DNA from: Octopus bimaculoides
Lineage: Eukaryota
Reading direction: 5' to 3'
DNA: 56,017 nt
Assembly: GCF_001194135.2 (NCBI RefSeq)
Contig: NC_068987.1
Location: 4,276,261-4,332,277, forward strand
This document shows positions 39,351-50,569 of this stretch, in pieces (position 1 is the first letter of the stretch; each line of letters starts with the position of its first letter). The translations under genes and the position numbers were made by a program. Under the pieces are notes generated by a model. That model made no database searches. It was not told the DNA's origin and worked only from the letters and a program-made list of their open reading frames with translations.

Positions 39351-39865
39351 ATATATACATACACACAAACATGTATATACACACACACAAACGTATACAT
39401 TACACACATACATATATATACACACACAAATGTATATAAGCTGCGAAAACATTGAAAAAACACTGATACTCAGATTTTCATGTTCCTGTTCATCAAACAG
39501 TTGTGATTCAGGATTCAGAATGGAACAAGAAATATGCAACACATATAATATATTATAATGCAATTCACATTTGAAAGTGTGTCTGTCCATTATATATTGT
39601 GAATACGACTTATTTCTTGTCCCAATCTGAATCACAACCGTCTTACAAACTGGAAGGTGAAACTCCTAGTAGTAGTGTTTTTGTGATGTTTTTGCAGCTT
39701 TAAGTATATATATATTATACACACATATATACATAACAAACAGTTATAGTGACGGCTGATATGTGAGTTCAAAGTATATATATATATACATGGAATTATA
39801 AAAAAATATTTTAAAAAATGATATACAAAATATTTGGAAGTTTGCTGTTGACTTCTGAGGTGGAA

Positions 39866-40131
39866 TTAATGTAGAACCAAAAGAAGTGTGAGGGAAACAG
39901 AAATTAGTTTCAAAAGAGTGAATCCCTGTAGTGGAGTTGCAGTATTGCAGCCATTCCAGTCTTTACAGAAACAATACTGAATTGAAGAATCTGTTAACAC
40001 TGATGGGTTGCGAGGATCGTTTTTCCGTGCAGGCTCACAGTATCCATGGCGTCTCAAAACTGGCATCATCAATCGATGGCGGACATTCTTATCCAATTCA
40101 TGTTCGCATTCACGAATGATTTTATATTCAC
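39866..40131 (-). CDS. Ly6-C exon 3 (Cys6-10 plus GPI signal); full protein 154 aa
   Basis: Minus-strand acceptor TTTCAG before 40131. Reads SEYKIIRECEHELDKNVRHRLMMPVLRRHGYCEPARKNDPRNPSVLTDSSIQYCFCKDWNGCNTATPLQGFTLLKLISVSLTLLLVLH*, with a CxC...CN motif then a hydrophobic tail. Confidence 0.92.
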
Positions 40132-40408
40132 CTGAAACAAAGTAAAAAACATTACAAAACACAATTATATAATTGTTTAACGTATTAACATTTCTATTAG
40201 CCATATCTGGCCCAAATATTCTTCCTGTTTTATGTTAAAAAGGCCAGATCTGGCTTCTCGTACCAAACCTACAATGTCTGGGAACATTTTGATTCCACCT
40301 CATGCATCTGATAGAGTAATCTGAAGAATGGTGAAGGATTAAAGTTAAAAAAAAACAATGAAAAATTTTGATTGTAAATATGTGCAGTATGTGTGTGTGT
40401 ATGTGTGT

Positions 40409-40440
<32 letters not shown>

Positions 40441-40506
40441 ATTGTTGGATTGTTTGCCAACATAACATGACAGTCCTGGTTTAGGACGAAGGAGACATCA
40501 TCTCCA

Positions 40507-40727
40507 GCTGGCTATACAACACAATCTGTGTCCTTATATTTTCGAACAAGGGAATCTAGCACCCCGCACTCAGCTCAAAACAATATCTCTAGCCAAACAA
40601 TTATTCTGTGCTGATGAAGGTAAATAACCCAGAAATCGCGATACACAGATATTGTTTTGAGCTGAGTGGGGGTGCTATATTCTCTTGTTCAAAAATATAA
40701 GGACACAGATTGTGTCGTATAGCCGGC
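40507..40727. mobile_element. Fold-back element: about 80-bp inverted arms around a hammerhead motif (Ly6-C intron 2)
   Basis: 40507-40588 is the reverse complement of 40647-40727 with only a few mismatches. Confidence 0.75.
40606..40649 (+). ncRNA. Minimal type I hammerhead ribozyme-like motif
   Basis: ctgtg-CTGATGA-a-ggt(aaata)acc-ca-GAAA-tcgcga-TA-cacag. The core is canonical, stem I pairs, and stem III is the palindrome ATCGCGAT. The stem II junction is non-canonical because of extra unpaired nucleotides. Confidence 0.6.
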
Positions 40728-40915
40728 TATAATAGGAGACACTAATAGAAGACCAAGGTAGCACACAGTGAAACTGAACCCACAACCATCTGGTTCCAAA
40801 TCAAGTTTCTTACCAAACAGTCACCCCTGCCCTTACAACTGGACATAGAAAGAAAATAATAATTGTAATTCATTCACAGAATGTGAAAACATAGAAAGGA
40901 ATGCCGTAGACTTAC

Positions 40916-41047
40916 TTCCAACTTTTTCCATAACTTTGACACAAAACTCGGAGTTAGGGCAAGACCGCCACGGATACATTCGCCAGTTAACATCGTAGCC
41001 ACAACCACCCATGGCACTGTAGCAGCGATGGCACATTATGGCATCAG
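40916..41047 (-). CDS. Ly6-C exon 2 (Cys1-5)
   Basis: Acceptor cacctttcag and donor A|GTAAGT (40915-40910). The exon is 132 nt, phase 1-1, and reads TDAIMCHRCYSAMGGCGYDVNWRMYPWRSCPNSEFCVKVMEKVG. Confidence 0.9.
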
Positions 41048-42049
41048 CTGAAAGGTGATCAAGAAAGAAACAGTTAATGAGAAGAAAGAAAAAAAAAAAA
41101 CAGTAATCTTCATAAGATTCAGACATAAATCACAAAAATGTCATTATCCTTGTCATCACACGATATCCCTCTTCCATGCTAGCAGAGGTTGGTTTGACAG
41201 GAACTGGAAAAAAAATGAAAGAACTGCATCAAACTCCAGGCTCTTCTGTGGAATGGTTTCTATGGCTGGATGCCCTTCTTAGTGCCAACCACTTTACAGA
41301 GTGTGCTAGGTGATTTTTAAGTGGCACCAACACCTGTGAGGTTGCCAAGTAATTCACAAGACAAGCCATCAACTGCAGGGCTGGGTAGGATTGAAAGAGG
41401 TAGCTTTATGTCAGGTGATGAGAGGTTAAACTATGATAGAAAAACAGACACAGGTATCTTGCTATAGATGAGATACATGGTTATCTCAGGTGGAAAAGAA
41501 AAGATCATTTGATGCTTATTTTTTGAAGTTTTGTGTTGCCTTCCAATATCCACTTAGATGTCTTTAAATTCAAAACCCAATGAATTATTATTTTTTACTG
41601 GCTTAACCAGATAAGAAATGGTAGCACCCTGTAGCTCTTTTTACAAAGTCTTTAAGAATGGTCAGAGAACAAAGTTTTGTCAGACCAAAGACTTGGCTTA
41701 AGTGCTTGTAAAAGATTGTTTGATGCACCATGTAACATTGTTAGATACTAAAACATTAGAAAACACCATTAAATCAAGTGTTTTGCTTGCCTTGTGGTTC
41801 AAAAATATAATACACTTAATACCGTCCCATCCCTGTACAATTGTACAAGGTTTAACAGAGTGAATAGCCACCATAACAGAACGCTGGGGTATGTAAGGGT
41901 ATCCGTGTACCACTCACAAGTGTTTAGTTGACCTTGGGTTATAATAGAAGACACTTGCTCATGGTGCTAAGCAGTGGGACTGAATCCAAGATTACATTGT
42001 TGGGAAGCAAGATTTTCATCTCTTACCAAGGGGACCTAATCAACAACAG

Positions 42050-42210
42050 TGCAGGCTGGCCAATGTTTAAGGGTGCTACTTTCTCCATTGAGGGAAGCCA
42101 GACTGTATGCTGCCTGTGTATGAACTTCAATGCTACATGGTAGTGAGACATGGGCCCTGAATGCAGAGTACTTGCAAAGGGTAGAAAGAAATGAAGCAAG
42201 CATGCTCCAT
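42050..42210 (+). mobile_element. RTE LINE remnant
   Basis: MLHGSETWALNAEYLQRVERNEASML motif. Confidence 0.7.
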
Positions 42211-42479
42211 CAGAGTCGTCTCAGCAGCATAATAGGTTTCCAGGCAAATCAGTGTACTGGGCCCTCAACTATTTATTTCTTGACAGCAAATCACAGCATC
42301 CATAGACTAGAATTGAACCCCTAGACCCATGCAACCCCTCTGAGAAACTACCCAGTCTGCCCATGCCTGAAACCACACTGTGCTCCATTAGATGTGCAAT
42401 GTTTGTGTGTAGCATCCAATATTTTGGTGCCAAACTAAGAAATTATTAAGAATGCGAAGATGGCTGGAACAGGAACTCA

Positions 42480-42860
42480 ATTCTTTCGGTTAAGAAGCTT
42501 GCTTTGCAACCATGTGGTTTCAGGTTCAAATCCATGTGTGACTCCTTTGGAAAGTGTCTTCTACTATAGCCTAGGGTTGATCAATGCTTTGTGAGTGAAT
42601 ATGATAGACGGAAACTGTGCAGAAGCCTGGATTATATAGGTATATACATCTGTGAGTGAGTGAGTGAGTGTCATTGAGTTTGTCCCCTTCACAACATTCA
42701 ACTGATGTTGGTTTGTTTACATTCTCATAGCTTGATAGTTTGGTAACGAGGTCAATAGAAGACTTATAAGCAATGGGGTTGACTTTTTCACCTAAATGAT
42801 TCAAAGTGGTGCCCCAGCATGGCCACAATCCAATGAGTGAAACAAGAAAAGATAAAGACA
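42480..42860 (+). mobile_element. SINE family A, diverged
   Basis: gtgtcttctactatagcc...gacggaaactg...ggtgccccagcatggccac. Confidence 0.7.
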
Positions 42861-43087
42861 CTATCAAATGTTGGAAAATATCAATTTGTATTATATACCT
42901 CATCGATTCAGCCACCTTAATGCTTTCCAAAACGATCCGGTTTCACAGAATTAAAAAGGAATTGTTTAATGGTTTAAACACACACAGGTCACAGTATATC
43001 TATTTGTGTAAGTCGTCAAAGAGTCCATAAGTCAGGGGAAAAAATGCCCTGTCAATAGCGTGGGTAGATTATCCAAAATGTATGGTG

Positions 43088-43242
43088 TTATATATCCATT
43101 ACGACCGGTCTTACCAATCGGTTTCGTGCTAGGAATTCAACGGAGTGTTAGCGCAGGGTTACATAATCGAATTGTTGAATTCAACTCCGTTGAATCCCTA
43201 ATGCAAAACCGAGTGGTAAGATCGGCTGTAATGGATATATAA
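43088..43242. mobile_element. Fold-back hairpin with about 59-bp arms (Ly6-C intron 1)
   Basis: 43088-43146 versus the reverse complement of 43184-43242, with a 37-nt loop. No hammerhead core seen. Confidence 0.65.
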
Positions 43243-43257
43243 TACTGTACACTTCAG

Positions 43258-43292
<35 letters not shown>

Positions 43293-44847
43293 NNNNNNNN
43301 NNNNNNNNNNNNNNNNNNNNNNNNNNNNNNNNNNNNNNNNNNNNNNNNNNNNNNNNNNNNNNNNNNNNNNNNNNNNNNNNNNNNNNNNNNNNNNNNNNNN
43401 NNNNNNNNNNNNNNNNNNNNNNNNNNNNNNNNNNNNNNNNNNNNNNNNNNNNNNNNNNNNNNNNNNNNNNNNNNNNNNNNNNNNNNNNNNNNNNNNNNNN
43501 NNNNNNNNNNNNNNNNNNNNNNNNNNNNNNNNNNNNNNNNNNNNNNNNNNNNNNNNNNNNNNNNNNNNNNNNNNNNNNNNNNNNNNNNNNNNNNNNNNNN
43601 NNNNNNNNNATATAATGATGGTAGAGTGACATCGGGGAAATTCAGTTGCTATTTCTATCAGGTCGAATGCCCACATTACGGCTCCCAGAAATTTATTCGT
43701 TGGAAGCTGACGGTCACTCGCGAAGTTTTTCGGGGAACAAAAATACATAAAACCAACTTGGAAAGGTAGACATTGAAATAAATCAATACTGTCATGTTTC
43801 CATAGGCAAATATGGCCTCGATATTTATTCATATGAGACAGTAAAAAGCAATCAAAATAGTTGTTAACTTTCAGTATGTATTACTGCGAACAGCTAATTA
43901 TGTAGTTTATTAGCCTGAAGAATGTGGCTATCATAACTGGCAGGGGAGTCTTTTATTGTTTACATAAAATGTGGAATGCAACAAGTTTCAGTGAAATCAA
44001 CCCGTCACAAACACAACAGAAAACAAGGCTAAACTTTATGAAATCAGGACGTTTTAATCTTCTTAAATTATTAGCTAAAGAAGAAAAGAAAAACAAAAAA
44101 CGAACAAATATTAATGATGATGATTTATCGACGAGGGCCCAAGATATTGAGGACAACATCAAAAGAGGAAATATGAACACAAAAGGGTGGGGTTTACACG
44201 GCTCAAAAAGGAAAACAACAACAATAAAGATATAACAAATAATAACAGAAATAAAATTCTGAAAGGTGCAAAAATGAATAAACAGAACCTCCATTGGATA
44301 ATTTCGGGGAATAAAATTAACCACAAAACAGTAAGTAAAAATAGGACATTTAGTGTACTTTTTGGTGTTAATTTTTTTTCTTAACTGATATACTAAATTT
44401 AGAGAAACCAAAATTAATATACATATATAGTGTTTGTGTATATATAGTCTTGGCTAAAAGGTCAAAAATTTAGCAAGCTTTGTAGATATAATAAACTTCG
44501 TAGTCCATCATAGTATTGTAACAAAAACATTCAACCTCATTATATTTTCTTTATAATACACCATACAGTCGTTTTTTTTTTAGTGTATATAGGTCACAGT
44601 TTTAAAAAACACACATTTGACCATTTCATGTTGAAAAAGGAACAAAAAAAAAAGGAATATAAACATCAAAGAAAAAGCATTTATCATTTTTTTAACTTAA
44701 TACCTATCATACTATTATACATGCCTTAAGTTAATCTAATTAATCAGAGGAGATATAAGATAGGTATAACTAATTATACGTATATGCGTGTGATTAAGTT
44801 AATGAATATTTTTAAGGTGGTTTAAATAAGAAGATAGATTCACTTAC

Positions 44848-44914
44848 TGTATTTAATAGACACTGTTATGAAGATCAAAATAACCAAGAGCTGGTAAGAT
44901 CTTAAGGGAGACAT
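44848..44914 (-). CDS. Ly6-C exon 1 (signal peptide MSPLRSYQLLVILIFITVSIKY)
   Basis: ATG at 44914, 22 codons with a hydrophobic core, and a consensus donor A|GTAAGT (44847-44842), phase 1. Joined CDS is 67+132+266=465 nt in frame with 10 Cys. Not in the ORF track. Confidence 0.8.
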
Positions 44915-46496
44915 GACGAAATTTAAATCATTCAACCTAATTTAATCTGACTTCCTACAGGTAAGTAACGTTACTTTCCGTCTTTCTCTCACTGTCCCTC
45001 TGTCTCTCTCACTAGCTCACACTAGCACTCACTCAATATCTAGTTCTCCCTCTCCCTCTATCTGTCTGACACTCACTTGGGCAGGTACTTCAATCCAGGT
45101 AATTAGTGTCTGTCTTTCTTTCTCACCTGTTCAACTAGGTGAGGTCGAGAAAAATATTTTCCCACCACTGCTCTGCGTCATGATCAAATCACGTCGGTTA
45201 ACGATGAAATTGTAGTAGGAGAAAAGCAAATAGCCATGCGAGAGTAGGACAACAAAGTTGAAAAAATTATGACGACGCCATAACCTGCTGATTCTGCGGA
45301 CTCCAGATTGAAAAACGGAAACAACAATACTGAGAAATATAACGAAGAATTTTATAAACACATAGTTATCTTTTGCTTGTTTCAGTCACTGGATTACGGT
45401 CATGCTGGAGCTAGTCTTGAAGGTTTACATCAGTGGTCCTCATTCGGGGGCTATACGACCCATGGAGAGATCTATGTAAGATTTTGTTGTTAAAATTTGT
45501 TTAATAAATTGGTTAAATTTCTACAATACATGAAATATATTGAGTAAAATCTATTTGCCAACGTAAAGTGGCAGTCCTGATTAGGACGATGTTACGATGG
45601 TACTACTTTTTTTTAGCCCCAGGAAAACATCTTTGCCAGCTCACAACTGCATCCTTATACCTCGAATAAGGGAGCTAATGTCCCCACATCGTCCTAATCA
45701 CTCAGTTGGCAAATAGGCTTTACTCTGTAGTACTGTTATTACTTACTTCTCGCCCAGAGATTTAAAACTAGTTTGTTTTCCTTTTTATGAAAGATATTAT
45801 TTTTTAAAACAATTTCTTATAATATTTAATTATTAAAATATAACAGGATTTTTAAAACATTTAATGGGTAGGAGGGTCCACCCGAGTAAAATGAGAATAA
45901 AAGGGGTCCATAGGGGGAAAATGGTTGAGGAAGATTGGTTTAGAAAAATAGATCGATAGACAGACAGACAGACAGACAGATAGATAGATGATAGATAGAT
46001 AGCTTTCTTTATTGGCCACACAGGGCCGAACACACGTTTGCGCCTTGTCGACCAGTTTCTCGATGACAAGTGCCACCCTTTCGACTAACACCTTGCGACT
46101 GCTTTCATCTCGTCACTGATCGCATTGTAAAAATCTTTAGCCAACACCTTATGGGTTTTTAGAAATTGAAAAGTGAACTAAAAAGTAATTTAAAGCAATC
46201 TCCCTTGTAGATCACATGCCAAAGCAGCACCTGATGTATGTATATATGCATGTATGTATATATGCATGTATGTATGTGTGAGTGTGTGTGTGAGTGTTTG
46301 TGCTTGTGTTTGTGCTTCTCACCGCTCGACAACTGGTGTAGGTTTGTTTACGTCCTCGTTACTTAACAGTCCATCAAAGGATACCGATGGAATAAATGCG
46401 AGATTTAAATAAATGCTGAGATTGCTTGACTGAAACGAATAAAAGATAAAATACACTCACCTTCTGTATTGTTTTGTTTTGTTTTTAATAATCAGA

Positions 46497-46530
46497 ATTG
46501 TGTTGTAACGAAACTTCGTTACAACACAAT
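46497..46530. repeat. Perfect 16-bp inverted repeat with 2-nt spacer
   Basis: ATTGTGTTGTAACGAA-AC-TTCGTTACAACACAAT. Confidence 0.95.
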
Positions 46531-46734
46531 CTTGAAGACGTTCAAGTATAATATATACTTTCTAAAACCTTAACTTATATTTGGAAGTGTGTGCAGCGAA
46601 CCCAGATGCCCCAAGAGGTGCACCGTTTGAAAACCTCTGAAATGGGGTTTGATTTAATGGAGGTTTGGCTGCCATTTCTAGCAGCCCGAACGACCACGTT
46701 GATGCTCCCTCATTTGTTCGTCGAACCACATTGT

Positions 46735-46830
46735 TGTTATTTCTGCTGCAGTTGCTGCTGCTGCTACTGTTTCTGCTGCTGCTGCTACTGTTTCTGCTGC
46801 TGCTGCTGTTGTTGTTGTTGTTGTTGTGTG
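46735..46830. repeat. (CTG)/(TTG) trinucleotide tract (another at about 5945-6010)
   Basis: Direct reading. Confidence 0.9.
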
Positions 46831-48240
46831 GCTCCAGTTCAGCCGAGATCAAGCTATGCACAGTGGCATAGCTCGAGTGTGTGACACAGGGCCCCTGAAT
46901 CTATACATGCTTATACAGCGGACCTAAAAGTACTTCCCTCATAAAAGTGTTGGCCGGCGTGGACCACCCCTATTATCCCTACCCCCTGTATCTATGCTAC
47001 TGACAGTGTATTGCATCAAAGACAACATTATCCAATGTGACTCATATCTTTTTAAGGAAGCAGGGTATAATCTGAGTGGAATTTCGCTACCATTTCTAGC
47101 AGGTGGATCAACCGCTTAAGACAGGGGTGGAAAATCCTTTCAGCATATAGAGTGAATGAGGAGCACATACGAACCAGTGAGATCACACCCTTGCTGAGAA
47201 GACTAAATCGATAACTCTACATACTCATAGTTTATTTGGAAGAATAAAAAACAAAATCTCCCGATGATATTTTAAAATTTTCATTTCTTTTGCTCTACAG
47301 CTGTTTATATAGTGTAACTGCAAACATCATCAACTCCATAATTGTTACATAATTAACATATAAGCAGAGGAGTGGAGGCTTTGTAGTTAAGAAACTCGTT
47401 TTTCAACCAAGTGTCTTCTATCATAGGTCCAGACCGACAATGCTAGTTATTATTATTTTTTTTATCGAATTGACACGACAGGTTTCTTTAAGTTTCCATC
47501 CACCAAATCCACTCACAAGCGTTTGGTCAGTGCGGGGCTATAGTTGAAGACACTTTCCCAGAGTGCCACGCAATGGATCACGCAACTGGAGCCATATGGT
47601 TGGGAAACAAACTTTTTACCCCACAGCAACACCTCGTATATTCAACAGGATTAGACTCAGCCGAAAGATCAGAACCTCTTCTAAGAATGTAAATTAGCTT
47701 TGAAAGATTAATTTGTAATCTTAAATTTTTAATGGCAATGAGCTGACAGAATTGTTGACACCCCGGACGAAATACTTAGCGTCATTTCGTCCGTCTTTAC
47801 GTCCTGAGTTCAAATTCCACCAAGGTTGACTTTGCCTTTCATAGTTTCAGGGTCGATAAAATAAGTACCAGTTGAGTATTGGGGGTCGATGTAATTGACT
47901 ACCCCCCTCCATGCACACACACTCCTACAAAGTTTCAGACCTCTTGCCAATAGTGGAAAGGAATCTTTTAAAATTATCTCCCTTTTGCTTTAACAGTCAA
48001 TCAATTGTTTCTTGGTTTTCGTTTTCTGCATCCTATTAAAATTTGGAAAAAGGTTTTGTAAGGGATTATAAGAAACTCCCATAATTTTTAACCCGATTTT
48101 TGACAAAAAATGGTACCTTATACACGTTAAAATACGGTATATTCCCCACTAACACAAAAAGAATACGATTTGTTAATCAAGAAAGAAAGCAAACTGTCAG
48201 CGTTGAAGATAAGCAAAAATGTTTTGTAACATTTTGTACA

Positions 48241-48578
48241 CGCAGGAGTGGCTGTGTGTTAAGTAGCTTGCTTACCAACCACATGGTTCCGGGTTCATTC
48301 CCATGGGCAAGTGTCTTCTATAGCCTCGGGCCGACCAAAGCCTTGTGAGTGGATTTGGTAGACGGAAACTGAAAGAAGCCCGTCGTATATATGTATGTGT
48401 GTGTATATGTTTGTGTGTCTGTGTTTGTCCCCGTAACTTAGCGATTCGGCAAAAGAGACCGATGGCATAAGTACTAGGCTTCCAAAGAATAACTCCTGGG
48501 GTCGATTTGCTCGACTAAAGGCGGTGCTCCAGCATGGCCGCAGTCAAATGACCGAAACAAATAAAGGAGTAAAAGAGT
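48241..48578 (+). mobile_element. SINE family A, near full length
   Basis: Head cgcaggagtggctgtgtg through 3' end gaaacaaataaaggagtaaaagagta. Confidence 0.9.
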
Positions 48579-49409
48579 AAACTAGAATTAGAAAAGAGGC
48601 TGGAAGAGGACGCTTAAGGGTGACACTGTACCATAAAATGGGCATTGAACATTTCCATGTGCGCTGCTAGAAACGTATTAAATGTAAAATATTAAGTGAA
48701 AGACCAAATGGAAATATTCCGCTAATATTTCTTGAGTTGATATGTCTGAATATAAGCGCAGGTTGTCTGGTTAAGAAGTAGGAGCTTGGCAGTCTCATTT
48801 CACATATGACCAATGGCTGGCCTTTAGTTTCTGCTATGAAACTATATTGCTTGGTATTGTGTGGTGAGATAATGTAAATAGAATGACAGTCTAAGTAAAG
48901 ACCACTTTCTTCTAATCGTAGTCGGGGGGCATTTCTCATGGCACTAGTAGACAAAATGGAAAAGGCATTGCCCCGGATGATAGCAAGGGAGACGTACTAG
49001 AACAGCCACCTTGACCCACGGGGCTCGCACTTACGGACAGCAATCTCCGCTCCGATAGCAGTGAGCAAGGATATGGTCCATAGGACCAAGAACGCCGGAG
49101 GTCTCAACCGTTGGAAAGCGACCGATCACTCATGATTTAAAGATCTCGGGATGTGTAAGGGAAATAACTCTTAATAAACACAATTATAGTTGTCCATCCT
49201 GCTTATTTACTGACGCGTACAACCAAACCACCTAAAAGAAAAAACACAGTATTCCTAAAACGCAAAATGCTTTTGATCGTGGGTCACCTCAGCCAACGCT
49301 GGCGTGGAGTTAAACGTCAACAACCGTATCTACGCTTTTGTTTTGTGCTTGTAAAGTATTTCCCTAAGTACCTCTTAGATCTTGATGGAAATGTCATGAT
49401 GTACCATAT

Positions 49410-49530
49410 ATGAAGCTGTCATGGCTCAGTGGTTAGTGCGTCGGGCTCACAATCATGCGGTAGTGAGTTCGATTTCTGGACTTGGCTGTGTGTTGTGTTC
49501 TTGAGCAAGACACTTTATTCACCTGCCTCC
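49410..49530 (+). mobile_element. tRNA-headed SINE, family C; related copies at about 5080-5170 (+), 9903-9975 (+), 54950-55080 (-)
   Basis: A-box/B-box-like tggctcagtggttag...gttcgatt followed by gtgttgtgttcttgagcaagacactt. Confidence 0.65.
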
Positions 49531-49544
49531 CAATGGGACATCTG

Positions 49545-50340
49545 TTTTACAACCTTGTGACCAAGGAATTTTACGCTCCATGCAGAGCAACTATAAAAAT
49601 TATTTTATGAACTGTGCCCTGATACAGTCAATAAAGGAGTAAGAATGCAAGACTCTCTGAAAGAGTTCATTGTTGAGGATGCCATTTGCTCAGTTCCGAA
49701 CGCTTGGAATGATATTGGTAAATTAACCGTAACAAATGCCTGGCACAGAATTTGGCCAATAATGATGTTGGATGAAAACGACTCAGATAACGAGCTCAGA
49801 GGATTTCGTGTCATTAATGAGAAGATGATATCAAAACTCGTAACTTAGGCTAAAAGTTTATCGTGTGGAAGCGGAAGTGATCCAGAAGAAGCGGACATTG
49901 GAGAAATGCTAAACATTGACAAGGATGCACCTGTTGTGTATCCTTTGAGTGATGGGGAAATTGGTGAAATGGTGTTAAATAGGGATAAAAATGAAAATGG
50001 TAGTGATGACGACATAGAGGAGACGGGTGAAAAAATTCCTATGGAACATATGGAGAAAAATTGTGATCAGTTAATAGCTGGCCTTGAACAACATGCATTT
50101 ATCAGTGAACAACAGATTAGTGGAGTTTATTCAATTATAGAGACATTGCTTGGACAGAAACCTATGCTAATGAGACAGATGACACCTGAATAAGTCTTCA
50201 AAAATGCCCTCTCTCGTAGTGCTACTTCATCACTTGAGAATCCCATTCCTGGCCCATCATCGGAAGTTTGCCAGGAACCTGATGACGACATTGCTGACAC
50301 TGACGGACCCTGTTCAACAACTTAACTGCAGCTACATATT
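49545..50340 (+). mobile_element. Tigger/pogo (DDE_1) transposase remnant
   Basis: KEFIVEDAICSVPNAWNDIGKLTVTNAWHRIWP followed by an acidic C-terminal region. Confidence 0.75.
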
Positions 50341-50569
50341 TAGCCTCGTTTGAACCAATTTATGGCTCTTGAATATAAATAAACTGTAATACAATTTGTA
50401 GTCTTCCTTTATTGAAATTAGTGCAAATACTTATGCGTCTCTCTACAGAAATATTACAGTAATGTGCATATCTGTACTTGTGGATCGTATATTCTTCTTT
50501 TAAACTATCCCAATATATATGTATTTTGTTATTTGTGATCTTCGCTATCTTACTATTTTATTTACCAGT

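Noticed and set aside
45131-45361. ORF 'MFIKFFVIFLSIVVSVFQSG...' as an alternative signal-peptide exon for Ly6-C
   Set aside because: It starts at GTG, not ATG (the nearby ATG is out of frame and hits a stop). Its only decent donor (AG|GTTATG) is phase 2, which is incompatible with the phase-1 exon 2 acceptor.
46562-46884. Poly-Cys, poly-Leu and poly-Ser ORFs
   Set aside because: These come from the (CTG)/(TTG) tract. The Cys spacing is not Ly6- or metallothionein-like.
26601-49530. tRNA-like A/B-box sequences as tRNA genes
   Set aside because: Each continues into a SINE body and none forms a full cloverleaf.
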